A stretch of 64,000 bases of DNA from Candidatus Woesearchaeota archaeon (GTDB taxonomy: Archaea; Nanobdellota; Nanobdellia; Woesearchaeales; JABIAG01): contig JABIAG010000001.1 in the NCBI GenBank assembly GCA_018653365.1, positions 326,951 to 390,950 on the forward strand, given 5' to 3'. The translations under genes and the position numbers were made by a program. The notes below the pieces were generated by a model, which saw nothing but the letters and a program-made list of their open reading frames with translations, searched no databases and was not told where the DNA came from. Numbering within the stretch: the first letter of the stretch is position 1; the number at the start of each line of letters is the position of its first letter. Below are positions 37,741-47,479 of the stretch, one piece after another.

Positions 37741-40700
37741 ATGAAGTGGGGGATAATATTAGTTTTATTGATTTCTTTAACTACCTTAGTTCTAGCTTCA
37801 GATAATGCAGGTAATGAAGAACTCCATGACGTAATAATCATGTTTGAAGACGGGGAAACTCTTGATTTACACTCGGCTACAACTCGAAGTGGATATTCAG
37901 TACAAACCCTTAATGAGGTAGTGCCTGGAAAAGAAATCGAACATGTATTTACTTCGTTTAATGGAATAAGCGGAAAATTCACAACTTCAGAATTAGAAAA
38001 TATTCGAAAAAATAAAAAAGTAAAAGCAATAGAAGAAACACAAGCATATCAAGCAACACTGGATGTTTCCGTACCGTTAATGAATTCAACTTTGTTTCAA
38101 AATGTATCATTTAATGGAACTAAATTAAACGGAACTGGCGTAACAGTATGTATTTTAGATACAGGAATCGATGACACTCATGCAGCACTGAATGCTTCAT
38201 TGATACCTGATGCTGGAAATTCAAGGGGGTTTGTAGGTTGGGACTATGTAAATGATGATGACTACCCTTATGACGATCAGGTTTTTAACACTTATGGTGT
38301 TCCCACTGTTGGAGGCCATGGAACACATGTGGCGGGAATAGTGGGTTCAAGAGATGCAACCTATCCTGGAATCGCTCCAGGTGTTAATATAATCCCCATA
38401 AAAGTGTTAAACGCATCTGGCGGAACAACAGTCACTCCTTTCTTAGCGGGAATAGAATGGTGTGTGAACAATGCAACACGTTTTAATATAAGTGTTATTT
38501 CAATAAGTATTGGAGGATCAACATATATTTCTGTATGTGATGGTGAGTCTATCCCTTCTTTGTTTGTTCCGGTAATAAATGAAGCAGTGTCTAAAAATAT
38601 CACGGTAATGGTCTCTGCAGGAAATGATTATAGTGCGTTGGGTTTGACTGATCCCGCATGTATAGCTAATGCAACGTCAGTGGGAAGAACTAATGATGAT
38701 GATACAATAAGTTCAAATTCAAAAACCGCTTCTTTTTTAGATTTTTTAGCACCCGGAACTGGAATTATATCCACAAAAAGAACAGGCGGATTTACAAGTA
38801 AAGATGGAACCTCAATGTCAACTCCTCATGTAGCAGCAACAGTAGCACTATTACAACAATACTATCATAAATATTATGGAAGATTTACAGACACAGAAAC
38901 AATCAAAGCAGCACTAAATGCATCTGGACCAAAAATAAATGATACCAGATTAGGCTTAGATCAAGAATTTACTAGAGTTGATGTATACGGTGCTTATGAA
39001 GCATTAATTACTGATGCACCTGTGTTAGCATTTATAGATCCAACACCTGCAAATGGTTCTGGGTTACTAACTTTGGATTATACTTTTAACGTATCAATAA
39101 ATGATACCTCTCATAACATATCTTATTGTTATTTGACCTTTAATTCAACACGATATGTGATGGGAGTAAATGACACAACAGTACAAAATGCAACTTGTAA
39201 TGTAAGTGTGAATCTAGGAATGCCAGAAAAAGGCAATTATTCATATTATGTAACTGGATTAGATGATAAAGGTGAATTGGGCATATCTGAAACCTGGCAA
39301 GTAGAAGTACTCAATACCCCTCCAACAATAAATAATGTTTCCGAATACGGAAATTTAAGTAGTAAAGAAACAGAATTATTAACACTAACAGTTAACGTAT
39401 CAGACTTTAATGGTGACACGTTAACATTTAATTGGTTATTAAATGAAACCAGTATAGCAACAACACAAAACCTAAGTCACACTTTTAATCATTCCCAAGC
39501 AGCAACATATTGGAATCTAACCCTAAACGTAAGCGATGGAGAAAATTATACAACTCAGGTGTGGAACGTATCAGTAAATAACACAAACCGTTTACCTGTA
39601 TTCAACAATCCAACTTCTTATGTTGTGAACGAATCTCAAATGATCAATATAACTTTAAACGTAACAGACAATGATGATGACGACACCCTAACTTATGGAA
39701 CAAATGCCTCACTGTTCACACAGAACGTCAATGATTTTAACTGGACAACAAACTATACTGATGCCGGAACATATTCAATACTGTTCAATGTGACTGATGG
39801 AACTGTGGTTGTAAATCAAACCGTAACACTTACGGTTAATGACAAAGCAAGACTTAACGCAAACTCATCAAATATAACCTCCTCAGTAGAACTTAACATT
39901 TTTGTTAATGGAAGTTTAAATGATACTGAACTAACTGAGGTTATTGCACTGAATTTAACAGATACATCAAATAATACATTAATAACTTTTGACTGGAACT
40001 TTAGTAGTGCAAATATGAGTGTAGATATAGACTATGTTGCAGGAAGTGGAACCTTGATTGTAAGAGGACTAGATCTAAGTTCACAAAGTGTTACAAAAAC
40101 AGTTTACGTAAACAAATCTACCTCTACTTTTGATTACGTTTGTGTAGTTGATAAAGAGGTTGACTCAATAGCAACTTTATCATCAGACTGTTCTAATGCT
40201 AACGAAACAAACGTACCCTGTCCCGGAACTAATGGCGCCTATTCTTGCGCTGTAGAAGGATCATATTTCAAAGTATCTGGACTAAATCACTCAGCAATAA
40301 AAGGCATGACAACACCTGCTGTAGGCGATCCGGGAGGAAGTGGAACGGGGGGCAGTGGTGGAGGAGATGATAGCGATGATGATGTACTTGTTGTATGTCA
40401 AGAAGATTGGATTTGTGAAGGATTTAAAGAATGTATTGATGAAAAGTTAACAAGAAGATGTTTTGATGGCAATAATTGTGGAACAACCCTACGACAACCC
40501 TTGTTAGAAAAAGAGTGTGTAGAAGAAACTTATCAAACACAAGAACCTGAAGTTGAACCAACGCCAGAAGTAGTTCCAGAAGTAGTACCTGAAGTAAAAA
40601 AATCAGGATTTCAACAAGTCATAAACAATATTGGGAACTGGTTTAAAAATCTAAATAAAGAAAAAACAGATACAGAAGAGGTAGACTCAAATAAGTTTAA

Positions 40701-40788
40701 CTTAGAAGGAAAAGGACAAAGAATATTACTATTCTTAATAGGAATATTTGCATTTTTATTAGTAATGCTTATCGTTTGGAAACGATAA
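37741..40788 (+). CDS. cell-surface subtilisin-like serine protease (S8) with a long glycosylated beta-rich stalk and C-terminal TM anchor
   Basis: Catalytic triad motifs VCILDTGID, HGTHVAGIV, GTSMSTPHVAA. Dozens of N-x-S/T sequons. PEV repeat linker, then a C-terminal TM. Confidence 0.85.
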   Translation: MKWGIILVLLISLTTLVLASDNAGNEELHDVIIMFEDGETLDLHSATTRSGYSVQTLNEVVPGKEIEHVFTSFNGISGKFTTSELENIRKNKKVKAIEETQAYQATLDVSVPLMNSTLFQNVSFNGTKLNGTGVTVCILDTGIDDTHAALNASLIPDAGNSRGFVGWDYVNDDDYPYDDQVFNTYGVPTVGGHGTHVAGIVGSRDATYPGIAPGVNIIPIKVLNASGGTTVTPFLAGIEWCVNNATRFNISVISISIGGSTYISVCDGESIPSLFVPVINEAVSKNITVMVSAGNDYSALGLTDPACIANATSVGRTNDDDTISSNSKTASFLDFLAPGTGIISTKRTGGFTSKDGTSMSTPHVAATVALLQQYYHKYYGRFTDTETIKAALNASGPKINDTRLGLDQEFTRVDVYGAYEALITDAPVLAFIDPTPANGSGLLTLDYTFNVSINDTSHNISYCYLTFNSTRYVMGVNDTTVQNATCNVSVNLGMPEKGNYSYYVTGLDDKGELGISETWQVEVLNTPPTINNVSEYGNLSSKETELLTLTVNVSDFNGDTLTFNWLLNETSIATTQNLSHTFNHSQAATYWNLTLNVSDGENYTTQVWNVSVNNTNRLPVFNNPTSYVVNESQMINITLNVTDNDDDDTLTYGTNASLFTQNVNDFNWTTNYTDAGTYSILFNVTDGTVVVNQTVTLTVNDKARLNANSSNITSSVELNIFVNGSLNDTELTEVIALNLTDTSNNTLITFDWNFSSANMSVDIDYVAGSGTLIVRGLDLSSQSVTKTVYVNKSTSTFDYVCVVDKEVDSIATLSSDCSNANETNVPCPGTNGAYSCAVEGSYFKVSGLNHSAIKGMTTPAVGDPGGSGTGGSGGGDDSDDDVLVVCQEDWICEGFKECIDEKLTRRCFDGNNCGTTLRQPLLEKECVEETYQTQEPEVEPTPEVVPEVVPEVKKSGFQQVINNIGNWFKNLNKEKTDTEEVDSNKFNLEGKGQRILLFLIGIFAFLLVMLIVWKR

Positions 40789-41932
40789 ACACTAAATCAT
40801 TCTTTCTAACTTTGGTTGTTTCAAATGTTACAGAACCTCGTTTAACGTTAGATACAGATCTATTATTTTGTACGAGCTTAATGGGCTTTAAATTAATAAC
40901 TCCTGTTGTAGGCCCTTGAATCATTAACTCGTCGCCTTTCTTGAACACATTACTTTCTACTAATATTTCAGCCACTCCCTTTTTGTTATAATAGTTGGTA
41001 ACTTTGCCAACATACTGTTTAGTTTTAGTTGATTTAGAACCATACGCGTTAGTAAACTCATTAACAGGTTGGTTAAGATAAAATCCTGATGAAAAATCAC
41101 GATTATAAACAGTTTTTAACTTTTTTATTAGTTGTTGAGTTCTGGTTTTTGTTAATTTAGTGTCAATAGCTTCACGATAAACTTCCGTTACAGTCTTGAT
41201 ATATTCAGGAGAACGATTTCGACCCTCAATTTTAAATGATGATATCTTTGCTTGTTTAAGTTTATCTAAAAATTCTAAAGTACAAAGGTCTTTAGCAGAC
41301 ATAACAAAATTATTATCCAGTTTAAGTTCAAACTTCTCATCAACATCTTTTATTGTATATTCTCTTCTACAGTTCTGTAAACACTCCCCTCTATTTGCAG
41401 ATTTACCAAAAGTAAATTGTGAAGTAAAACATCTGCCGGATACTGCTACGCACATTGCACCGTGAATAAAGACCTCTAAATCTATTTTTACTTTAGAACT
41501 TATTTCTTTTATTTGTTTTAGTGAACACTCTCTAGCTAGGATGATACGTTTAGCACCAAGCTTCTTGTAAAACAAAGCCGCTTGCGAATTCGAAACTGAG
41601 GCCTGAGTTGAAATATGAAATGGAACTTTATGTTTCTTACATAATTGAATGATACTAAGATCCCAACAGATTACTGCCGTGATAAATGGTTTAGCAGTTT
41701 TAATTATTTTTTCTGCTTGTTTTAATTCAGACTCGTATATGATTGTGTTTAATGTTAGATAACGCTTAACACTTTTACAAATTGTTTTAATTTTCTTTAG
41801 ATCTGATAATTTGAAATTCTTAGTACGCATATTTAATTTGTCAATTCCAAAGTAAACAGCGTCAGCACCGCCCTGAATCGCAGCCTTTAAACTAGTAAAA
41901 TTGCCAGCTGGAGCGAGTAATTCTGGTTTCAT
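40769..41932 (-). CDS. peptidase U32 family protein
   Basis: N-terminal MKPELLAPAGN...GADAVYFG U32 signature. Confidence 0.75.
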   Translation of the reverse strand: MKPELLAPAGNFTSLKAAIQGGADAVYFGIDKLNMRTKNFKLSDLKKIKTICKSVKRYLTLNTIIYESELKQAEKIIKTAKPFITAVICWDLSIIQLCKKHKVPFHISTQASVSNSQAALFYKKLGAKRIILARECSLKQIKEISSKVKIDLEVFIHGAMCVAVSGRCFTSQFTFGKSANRGECLQNCRREYTIKDVDEKFELKLDNNFVMSAKDLCTLEFLDKLKQAKISSFKIEGRNRSPEYIKTVTEVYREAIDTKLTKTRTQQLIKKLKTVYNRDFSSGFYLNQPVNEFTNAYGSKSTKTKQYVGKVTNYYNKKGVAEILVESNVFKKGDELMIQGPTTGVINLKPIKLVQNNRSVSNVKRGSVTFETTKVRKNDLVFIVSKR

Positions 41933-42576
41933 TGTAATTCAGAAATGTTTAAACAACAAAAATCCTCAATAATTCTGGGACAGGCAGTGTTAACCCATGC
42001 TTTAATAAATGGAAAATCTTCTAATGATTGGAAGTTAATATTGTTGGCAATTAAGATAAATGCAGTCTTCTTTTCTTTTTTTAGTTTTTCTTTTAGTTTA
42101 AGAGCAGACTTAAGATCTTCTTGGCCTGGTTTAGTGGAGACAAGAATTCCAATATTCTTAGCAGAATGATATTTTAGTAAAGCTGAACGCTTTTTAATTT
42201 CAATACGTTTGATCTCGTCTTGATTAAGCTTAGTTATGGTTCCATTCATTGGATTAAGTGTAAAAACTGGTTTGTTGGTTTCTAGTGCAGCATTAATGGG
42301 GTGAAATTTTCCTGTACCCATATATAAAATTGCATCAACATTAGGAATGTTAGCAGAACTAGATTCACAGCCTAAAACCTGTCCGGCAAAAGGTTGCTTG
42401 GCTTTATTTATGACGACTTTCTTTCCTGCTTTTTCAAGTGCAGATTTAACTTCCTTAAGTTGGTTAACAAATTGAATTGTTGTAATCAAGCCTATTTTAG
42501 TGGGAAGTTTAGTAAACGAAGATTTATTTAGTTTAATTGTTCCCTTGTACGCTGCGTTAACAAGTAGGGTTTTCAT
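41929..42576 (-). CDS. dph2: diphthamide synthase Dph2 homolog lacking the N-terminal domain (domains 2-3 only)
   Basis: FAGQVLGCESSS...GTGKFHP and VSTKPGQ...EDFPFIKAWVNTACPRI align with domains 2 and 3 of P. horikoshii Dph2. The first roughly 90-100 residues (domain 1, Cys59) are absent. Confidence 0.6.
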   Translation of the reverse strand: MKTLLVNAAYKGTIKLNKSSFTKLPTKIGLITTIQFVNQLKEVKSALEKAGKKVVINKAKQPFAGQVLGCESSSANIPNVDAILYMGTGKFHPINAALETNKPVFTLNPMNGTITKLNQDEIKRIEIKKRSALLKYHSAKNIGILVSTKPGQEDLKSALKLKEKLKKEKKTAFILIANNINFQSLEDFPFIKAWVNTACPRIIEDFCCLNISELQ

Positions 42577-42661
42577 GATTGTAAAATATAAGTTAGAGTA
42601 TATAAACCTTATCGCTATGAGGGCGGAATCTTTTTAAATGAGTCATCACTTTTGAAGTTTT

Positions 42662-43216
42662 ATGACTACTACAGACGCTGATGCACAAGTTCGTTTTCCA
42701 GGTATGGGAATAGCAAGTGAAGAAAGACTTGCGAGAACGGCTGAACTTTTTGGCGAAGTATTCTTAAATTATTGTGCAGGACTTGTTGGAGATGAACAGG
42801 CTTCTGATCTATATCAAGATGTTTTCCAAACAGCAGTAGAACAGACTGATAGTCTAGGCCCAGATCAAGACGCGCTAATTTGGCTTCGTAATATGGCTCG
42901 AAACAGAGCAAGAGGTTATCATAAATCTCGTGAAATGCAGCTAAAACGTTTTGGCGAAGCAGATGAAGCTGATCTTTCAGATGAGGGATTAAGTCCGCGT
43001 GATATGGCACAAAGATCAGACTTACATAACGCAGTAAGAGCACAAGTAGATGCTTTACAACCCACTTACCAAGAAGCAATTAGACTAACACTTTTAGAAG
43101 GTCATTCACAAAGACGGGCAGCAGAACTGGCAGGTTGTTCTCCAAGTACAATTCAATACAGAGTAGGAAAAGCAAAAGAGGCATTAAGAACCAGTTTAGG
43201 TCAAATTCTAGATTAA
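42662..43216 (+). CDS. ECF-type sigma-70 family protein (regions 2 and 4); composition-atypical
   Basis: Region 2-like ASDLYQDVFQTAV...WLRNMARNRARGYHKSR. Region 4-like YQEAIRLTLLEGHSQRRAAELAGCSPSTIQYRVGKAKEALR. Confidence 0.65.
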   Translation: MTTTDADAQVRFPGMGIASEERLARTAELFGEVFLNYCAGLVGDEQASDLYQDVFQTAVEQTDSLGPDQDALIWLRNMARNRARGYHKSREMQLKRFGEADEADLSDEGLSPRDMAQRSDLHNAVRAQVDALQPTYQEAIRLTLLEGHSQRRAAELAGCSPSTIQYRVGKAKEALRTSLGQILD

Positions 43217-44184
43217 TTAAAAAACAAAAATTGTCCAACTAAAAATATTATATAAAACAATATAAGAATAATTCCATTAAGCCGAGTTAAAGATTTCTTC
43301 TTAACAAAATAAAATAATAACATGCTTGAAGCCAGGGTTAATATTCCAATAAAAATAGCATTAAAAACACCAAACTCTAATGTGGTCATTAAAGCAAAGA
43401 TTCCAAAAAACAAAAGTGATTTAAGAATCATACTTCCAATAATGTCCCCAAATGCAACTCCTTCATGACCTTTATCGATAGAATTTAAACCCAAAAATAA
43501 ATCAGGAACTGAGGCACCTAAACCAATAAGAATTGTGGCAACAATGAATGCGGGCCAATTCATAATATAAGAAATTTGCATGGACGAATCAACTAAAAAT
43601 CTAGACGCAAGTAAAATTACAACTAAACTTAAAAGAAAAATAAGGGAATCTTTCCAAATAAAATTAATTTCAACTCCTTTCTTTAACTTGCCAAGCTGAC
43701 CCTCTCTTTTCCAAAGTAAAGAAACATAGAAAATGAACGCAACAAGCAAAACTCCGCCATCAATTGCGGTTAATTTACCATCCAATAATAAAAGAAAGGG
43801 CAGAGCAATAAGAATTAAAACATCCCACTTAGTTTTATCAAAAACTTTCTGATTCATTGGGATTTTTTTGCCAACAATTGCTAATAAACCAATAACTAAG
43901 GTAACACCTAATAGATTAGAACCAAAAATAGTTCCAAATACAATTGGGGAGGCACCATAAAAGACCCCGCTTAATGAGGCTAAAAATTCAGGTGCTGAAG
44001 CTCCTGCAGCAACAATAAGTAAACCAACTAAGTATTCAGAAATTCCAAGCTTCTTAGCATAATTTGAAATACTTAAGACTAAAAAATATGATGCTTTAGC
44101 TAATAATGCCAAAGAAACAATTACTATGATTAGATGATACCAAACAGGGAAATTAAAAGCAAATTGTTGTAATATGGAAATCAT
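43213..44184 (-). CDS. Na+/Ca2+ exchanger (CaCA family) membrane protein
   Basis: Alpha-repeat motifs GASAPEF and GASVPDLF. Confidence 0.7.
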   Translation of the reverse strand: MISILQQFAFNFPVWYHLIIVIVSLALLAKASYFLVLSISNYAKKLGISEYLVGLLIVAAGASAPEFLASLSGVFYGASPIVFGTIFGSNLLGVTLVIGLLAIVGKKIPMNQKVFDKTKWDVLILIALPFLLLLDGKLTAIDGGVLLVAFIFYVSLLWKREGQLGKLKKGVEINFIWKDSLIFLLSLVVILLASRFLVDSSMQISYIMNWPAFIVATILIGLGASVPDLFLGLNSIDKGHEGVAFGDIIGSMILKSLLFFGIFALMTTLEFGVFNAIFIGILTLASSMLLFYFVKKKSLTRLNGIILILFYIIFLVGQFLFFN

Positions 44185-46790
44185 TTTTTAAACACCTTAA
44201 ATATTTCGCCCCCAATTAAAACCGTAACTGAGGTTAGTAAAGCAAGCCCCCAATCTTTTAGGGTTAAAGGAACAGTACCAAAAATGTTTGATAAAATTGG
44301 TAAGTACACTACTCCTAATTGTAATAGTATGGAGATGGATACTGCTAATAATAAAAACTTATTACCAAAAAATTTGAGTTTGAAAATACTAACTTTTTCA
44401 GACCTATTATTGAATACATTAAACATTTGAAACAACATCAAAGTACAGAATGCCATTGTAGAGGCATAAGCATAGCCTTTAGGAAGATATTTTACAAATA
44501 AGAAAATAGTTCCTACCATCATAATAATTCCCACTAAGAACACAAATTTGGCTTCACTCTTTGTTACAATCTTTTCTTTACTATCCCTTGGAGGGCGTTC
44601 CATAATGTTTGGCTCTGCTTTCTCAACACCTAATGCTAACGCAGGAAGTCCATCTGTAATTAAATTAATCCATAAAATCTGAATTGCGGTAATGGGAAGT
44701 GCAAGACCCATTAACATGGCTCCAAAAACTGTAAATACCTCTCCCACGTTTGAACTAAGTAAATAGGAAACGAATTTTTTGATATTACTAAAAATTGTTC
44801 TACCCTCTTTAACTGCATTAACAATTGAGGCAAAGTTATCATCAGTTAAAATCATATCTGAGGCTTCTTTTGCAACATCTGTTCCTGTAATTCCCATAGA
44901 AATTCCAATATCTGCCTCTTTTAGAGCAGGGGCATCATTAACACCATCTCCAGTCATCGCAATAAAATAACCTTTATGTTGTAACGCATCAACTAATCTA
45001 GATTTGTGTTTTGGATCAACTCTTGCATAAATGTTAGTTTCATCAATGACATCTGTTAAATCAGCTAGTTTCTCTATCTCCTCACCAGTTAAAGAATTGC
45101 CCTCAATTCCAAGCTCATGAGCAATGGCAAGAGCAGTAGTTTTATGATCGCCTGTAATCATAACAACCTTAATTCCTGCATTTTTACATTCATGAATTGC
45201 ATTCTTAACTTCCTCTCTTGGAGGGTCAATCATACCTTGTAGGCCAAGAAAGATCATATTATTCTCAACATTTTTTCCTTTAAGAATTTTATACGCAAAA
45301 CCCAGTACTCGTAATGCTTCAGAAGCAAAATGTTCATTAACCTCAAGAAGATGTTTCTTCATATCAGGAGTTAAATGTCTAACTGTATTGTTAATAAGAA
45401 TTCTATCACACTGATTTAATAAAACATCTGGTGCACCTTTTGAAAAAGCAACCTTGCTTGTAGCGTGTTTATGAATTGTAGTCATCATTTTTCTTTCAGA
45501 AGAAAAAGGAACTTCATCAACTCGTGGATAATGTTCAGTAAGATGAGTTCGAGAAAATCCTGCTTTCATTGCAGAAACAACCAAGCAACCCTCAGTAGGG
45601 TCGCCCATGATGTTAAACTCTTCACCTTTCTTAACAAGTTTAGAATCATTACATAACATGCCTGCCATTAATAAATGGTGTAATTTTTTAGGATCATTAG
45701 AAAATTCACCCATTGGAGCATAGCCCGCACCCGAAACTTCGGTGACTTCAGTATTAGCATAAATCTTTCTAACGGTCATCTCATTATGAGTTAACGTGCC
45801 AGTTTTATCACTGCAAATAACATTACATGCACCCAGTGTTTCAACAGAAGAGAGTTTTCTAACTAGAGCATTCCTCTTAACCATCTTCTTAACACCAATT
45901 GCTAAGGATATGGTAACAACTGCAGGAAGTCCTTCAGGAATTGCAGCAACAGCTAAAGCAACAGCGAAAATAAACATGTTAATAATATTTTCAGTAGCAA
46001 ACCCTGAACGAATAACTCCTGTAGCAAAAATTACTGTTGCAATTATTAAAACAATAATTCCCAACCACTTAGCTAAATCTTTTAATTGTTTTTGTAGTGG
46101 GGTGATACCTTCTTCTGCATCTTCAATTAGTTTGGCAATCTTACCAATCTCAGAATCTTTTCCAATATGAGTAACTACAACTTTACATCTTCCCTTAGTA
46201 ACTATCGTAGAAGAATAAACTACATTCTTTCTATCTCCCAGGGCAAGTTCACCATTTAAAATTTTATTACTTTTCTCAACAGGAACAGACTCACCAGTTA
46301 AGGTCGCTTCTTGAATTTCTAGGTTTGACGATTCAATAATTCTTCCATCAGCAGGCACTTTATCCCCGGTCTCTAATACAATGATGTCACCCGGAACCAA
46401 GAACTTAGTATTAATAGCCTTAATTTGGCCCTGTCTTATTACTTTAGCTTGTAATGCCGACATTTTTTTTAAAGCATCAATAGCTTTCTCTGCCTTGAAT
46501 TCCTGAATAAAACCAAATAATGCATTAAGAATAAGAATAGTAAGAATAACATAACCTTCAGTAGTTTCTCCTAAAGCAAAAGAAATAACTGTAGCAGCAA
46601 TTAAAATCCAAACTAGGGGTGAATTGAATTGAGCCAATAATATTTTCAGAGCGGAAATTTTCTTTTTTTGTTGTAACTCATTGAGTCCGTATAAAGTTCT
46701 ACGTCTGTCAACTTCAGCATCAGAAAGCCCTTCTATATTAGTATTGAGTTCATGTAATGATTCTTCTGGACTTTTGTTGTAGTAAAACAT
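44181..46790 (-). CDS. P-type cation-transporting ATPase (type II, Ca2+-ATPase-like)
   Basis: Motifs CSDKTGTLT, MITGDHKTTA, TGDGVNDAPAL. 869 aa with 10 TM. Confidence 0.85.
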   Translation of the reverse strand: MFYYNKSPEESLHELNTNIEGLSDAEVDRRRTLYGLNELQQKKKISALKILLAQFNSPLVWILIAATVISFALGETTEGYVILTILILNALFGFIQEFKAEKAIDALKKMSALQAKVIRQGQIKAINTKFLVPGDIIVLETGDKVPADGRIIESSNLEIQEATLTGESVPVEKSNKILNGELALGDRKNVVYSSTIVTKGRCKVVVTHIGKDSEIGKIAKLIEDAEEGITPLQKQLKDLAKWLGIIVLIIATVIFATGVIRSGFATENIINMFIFAVALAVAAIPEGLPAVVTISLAIGVKKMVKRNALVRKLSSVETLGACNVICSDKTGTLTHNEMTVRKIYANTEVTEVSGAGYAPMGEFSNDPKKLHHLLMAGMLCNDSKLVKKGEEFNIMGDPTEGCLVVSAMKAGFSRTHLTEHYPRVDEVPFSSERKMMTTIHKHATSKVAFSKGAPDVLLNQCDRILINNTVRHLTPDMKKHLLEVNEHFASEALRVLGFAYKILKGKNVENNMIFLGLQGMIDPPREEVKNAIHECKNAGIKVVMITGDHKTTALAIAHELGIEGNSLTGEEIEKLADLTDVIDETNIYARVDPKHKSRLVDALQHKGYFIAMTGDGVNDAPALKEADIGISMGITGTDVAKEASDMILTDDNFASIVNAVKEGRTIFSNIKKFVSYLLSSNVGEVFTVFGAMLMGLALPITAIQILWINLITDGLPALALGVEKAEPNIMERPPRDSKEKIVTKSEAKFVFLVGIIMMVGTIFLFVKYLPKGYAYASTMAFCTLMLFQMFNVFNNRSEKVSIFKLKFFGNKFLLLAVSISILLQLGVVYLPILSNIFGTVPLTLKDWGLALLTSVTVLIGGEIFKVFKK

Positions 46791-46833
46791 ACACTAATTC
46801 TTGAATTATATGTATATAAATGTTTGGAAATGA

Positions 46834-47427
46834 GTGAATCTTTTTAAACACTACAAACTTACTTTTTTTATGGTAAATCCCTTATACTTAACCCCTCCTA
46901 CTGTTGGAGAACTTTGTTGGGCTTCATTAATTAGAAACGAGTCTCCCTTATTTGCTCTGGCAAAAATGAGGAGTCTTCTAGGTCCAGTAGGAGTGCCTAA
47001 TCTGCTCCGAGAACAGTTTGCAATGGATGAATTATGCAATGTTGTAGAACAAGAACCTAATGATGTACTAAGAGGTCTGACTTACATTGAACTTGATTTA
47101 CTGACGACGGGTGATAATGCTTTCGAACAATTAGCGGCAGTACAGTCCTTTTTATCTCCAAACGCAACCCTGCGAAGAGGGGGTGGCGATTGTAAATCCT
47201 TTGTTATATTATATGTGGCGTTACAAAGAGCAAAAGGAAGAGCAGCAAGGTTTGGAACTTATGAAGGAAACCATATAATTACAGAATTAGATGTTGAGGG
47301 GGGTTGTAATTCAAGAATGTGGTTAAGACACGATCCCCGATGGTTTCCCCTTACTGGACCTTTAACTAATTCTGATGAAGGTTATAGTGAAGCATACGAA
47401 ATAGCACTTGATATGTTAAACCAATAA
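46834..47427 (+). CDS. transglutaminase-like cysteine protease fold protein (composition-atypical); start uncertain
   Basis: GGGDCKSFVILYVAL (Cys), then GNHII (His) and a downstream Asp. Only 43 bp separate it from the divergent ATPase start, so an internal Met start is possible. Confidence 0.4.
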   Translation: MNLFKHYKLTFFMVNPLYLTPPTVGELCWASLIRNESPLFALAKMRSLLGPVGVPNLLREQFAMDELCNVVEQEPNDVLRGLTYIELDLLTTGDNAFEQLAAVQSFLSPNATLRRGGGDCKSFVILYVALQRAKGRAARFGTYEGNHIITELDVEGGCNSRMWLRHDPRWFPLTGPLTNSDEGYSEAYEIALDMLNQ

Positions 47428-47479
47428 CCTAAAGTTCTTTACCACAAACTTTTTATACACTCAGGAATGTCTTTCGTTT

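Noticed and set aside
42669-43079. 136-aa minus-strand ORF inside the ECF sigma gene
   Set aside because: Leu-rich and low-complexity. Fully antisense to a gene with clear sigma-70 motifs. A typical shadow ORF of an AT-poor coding strand.
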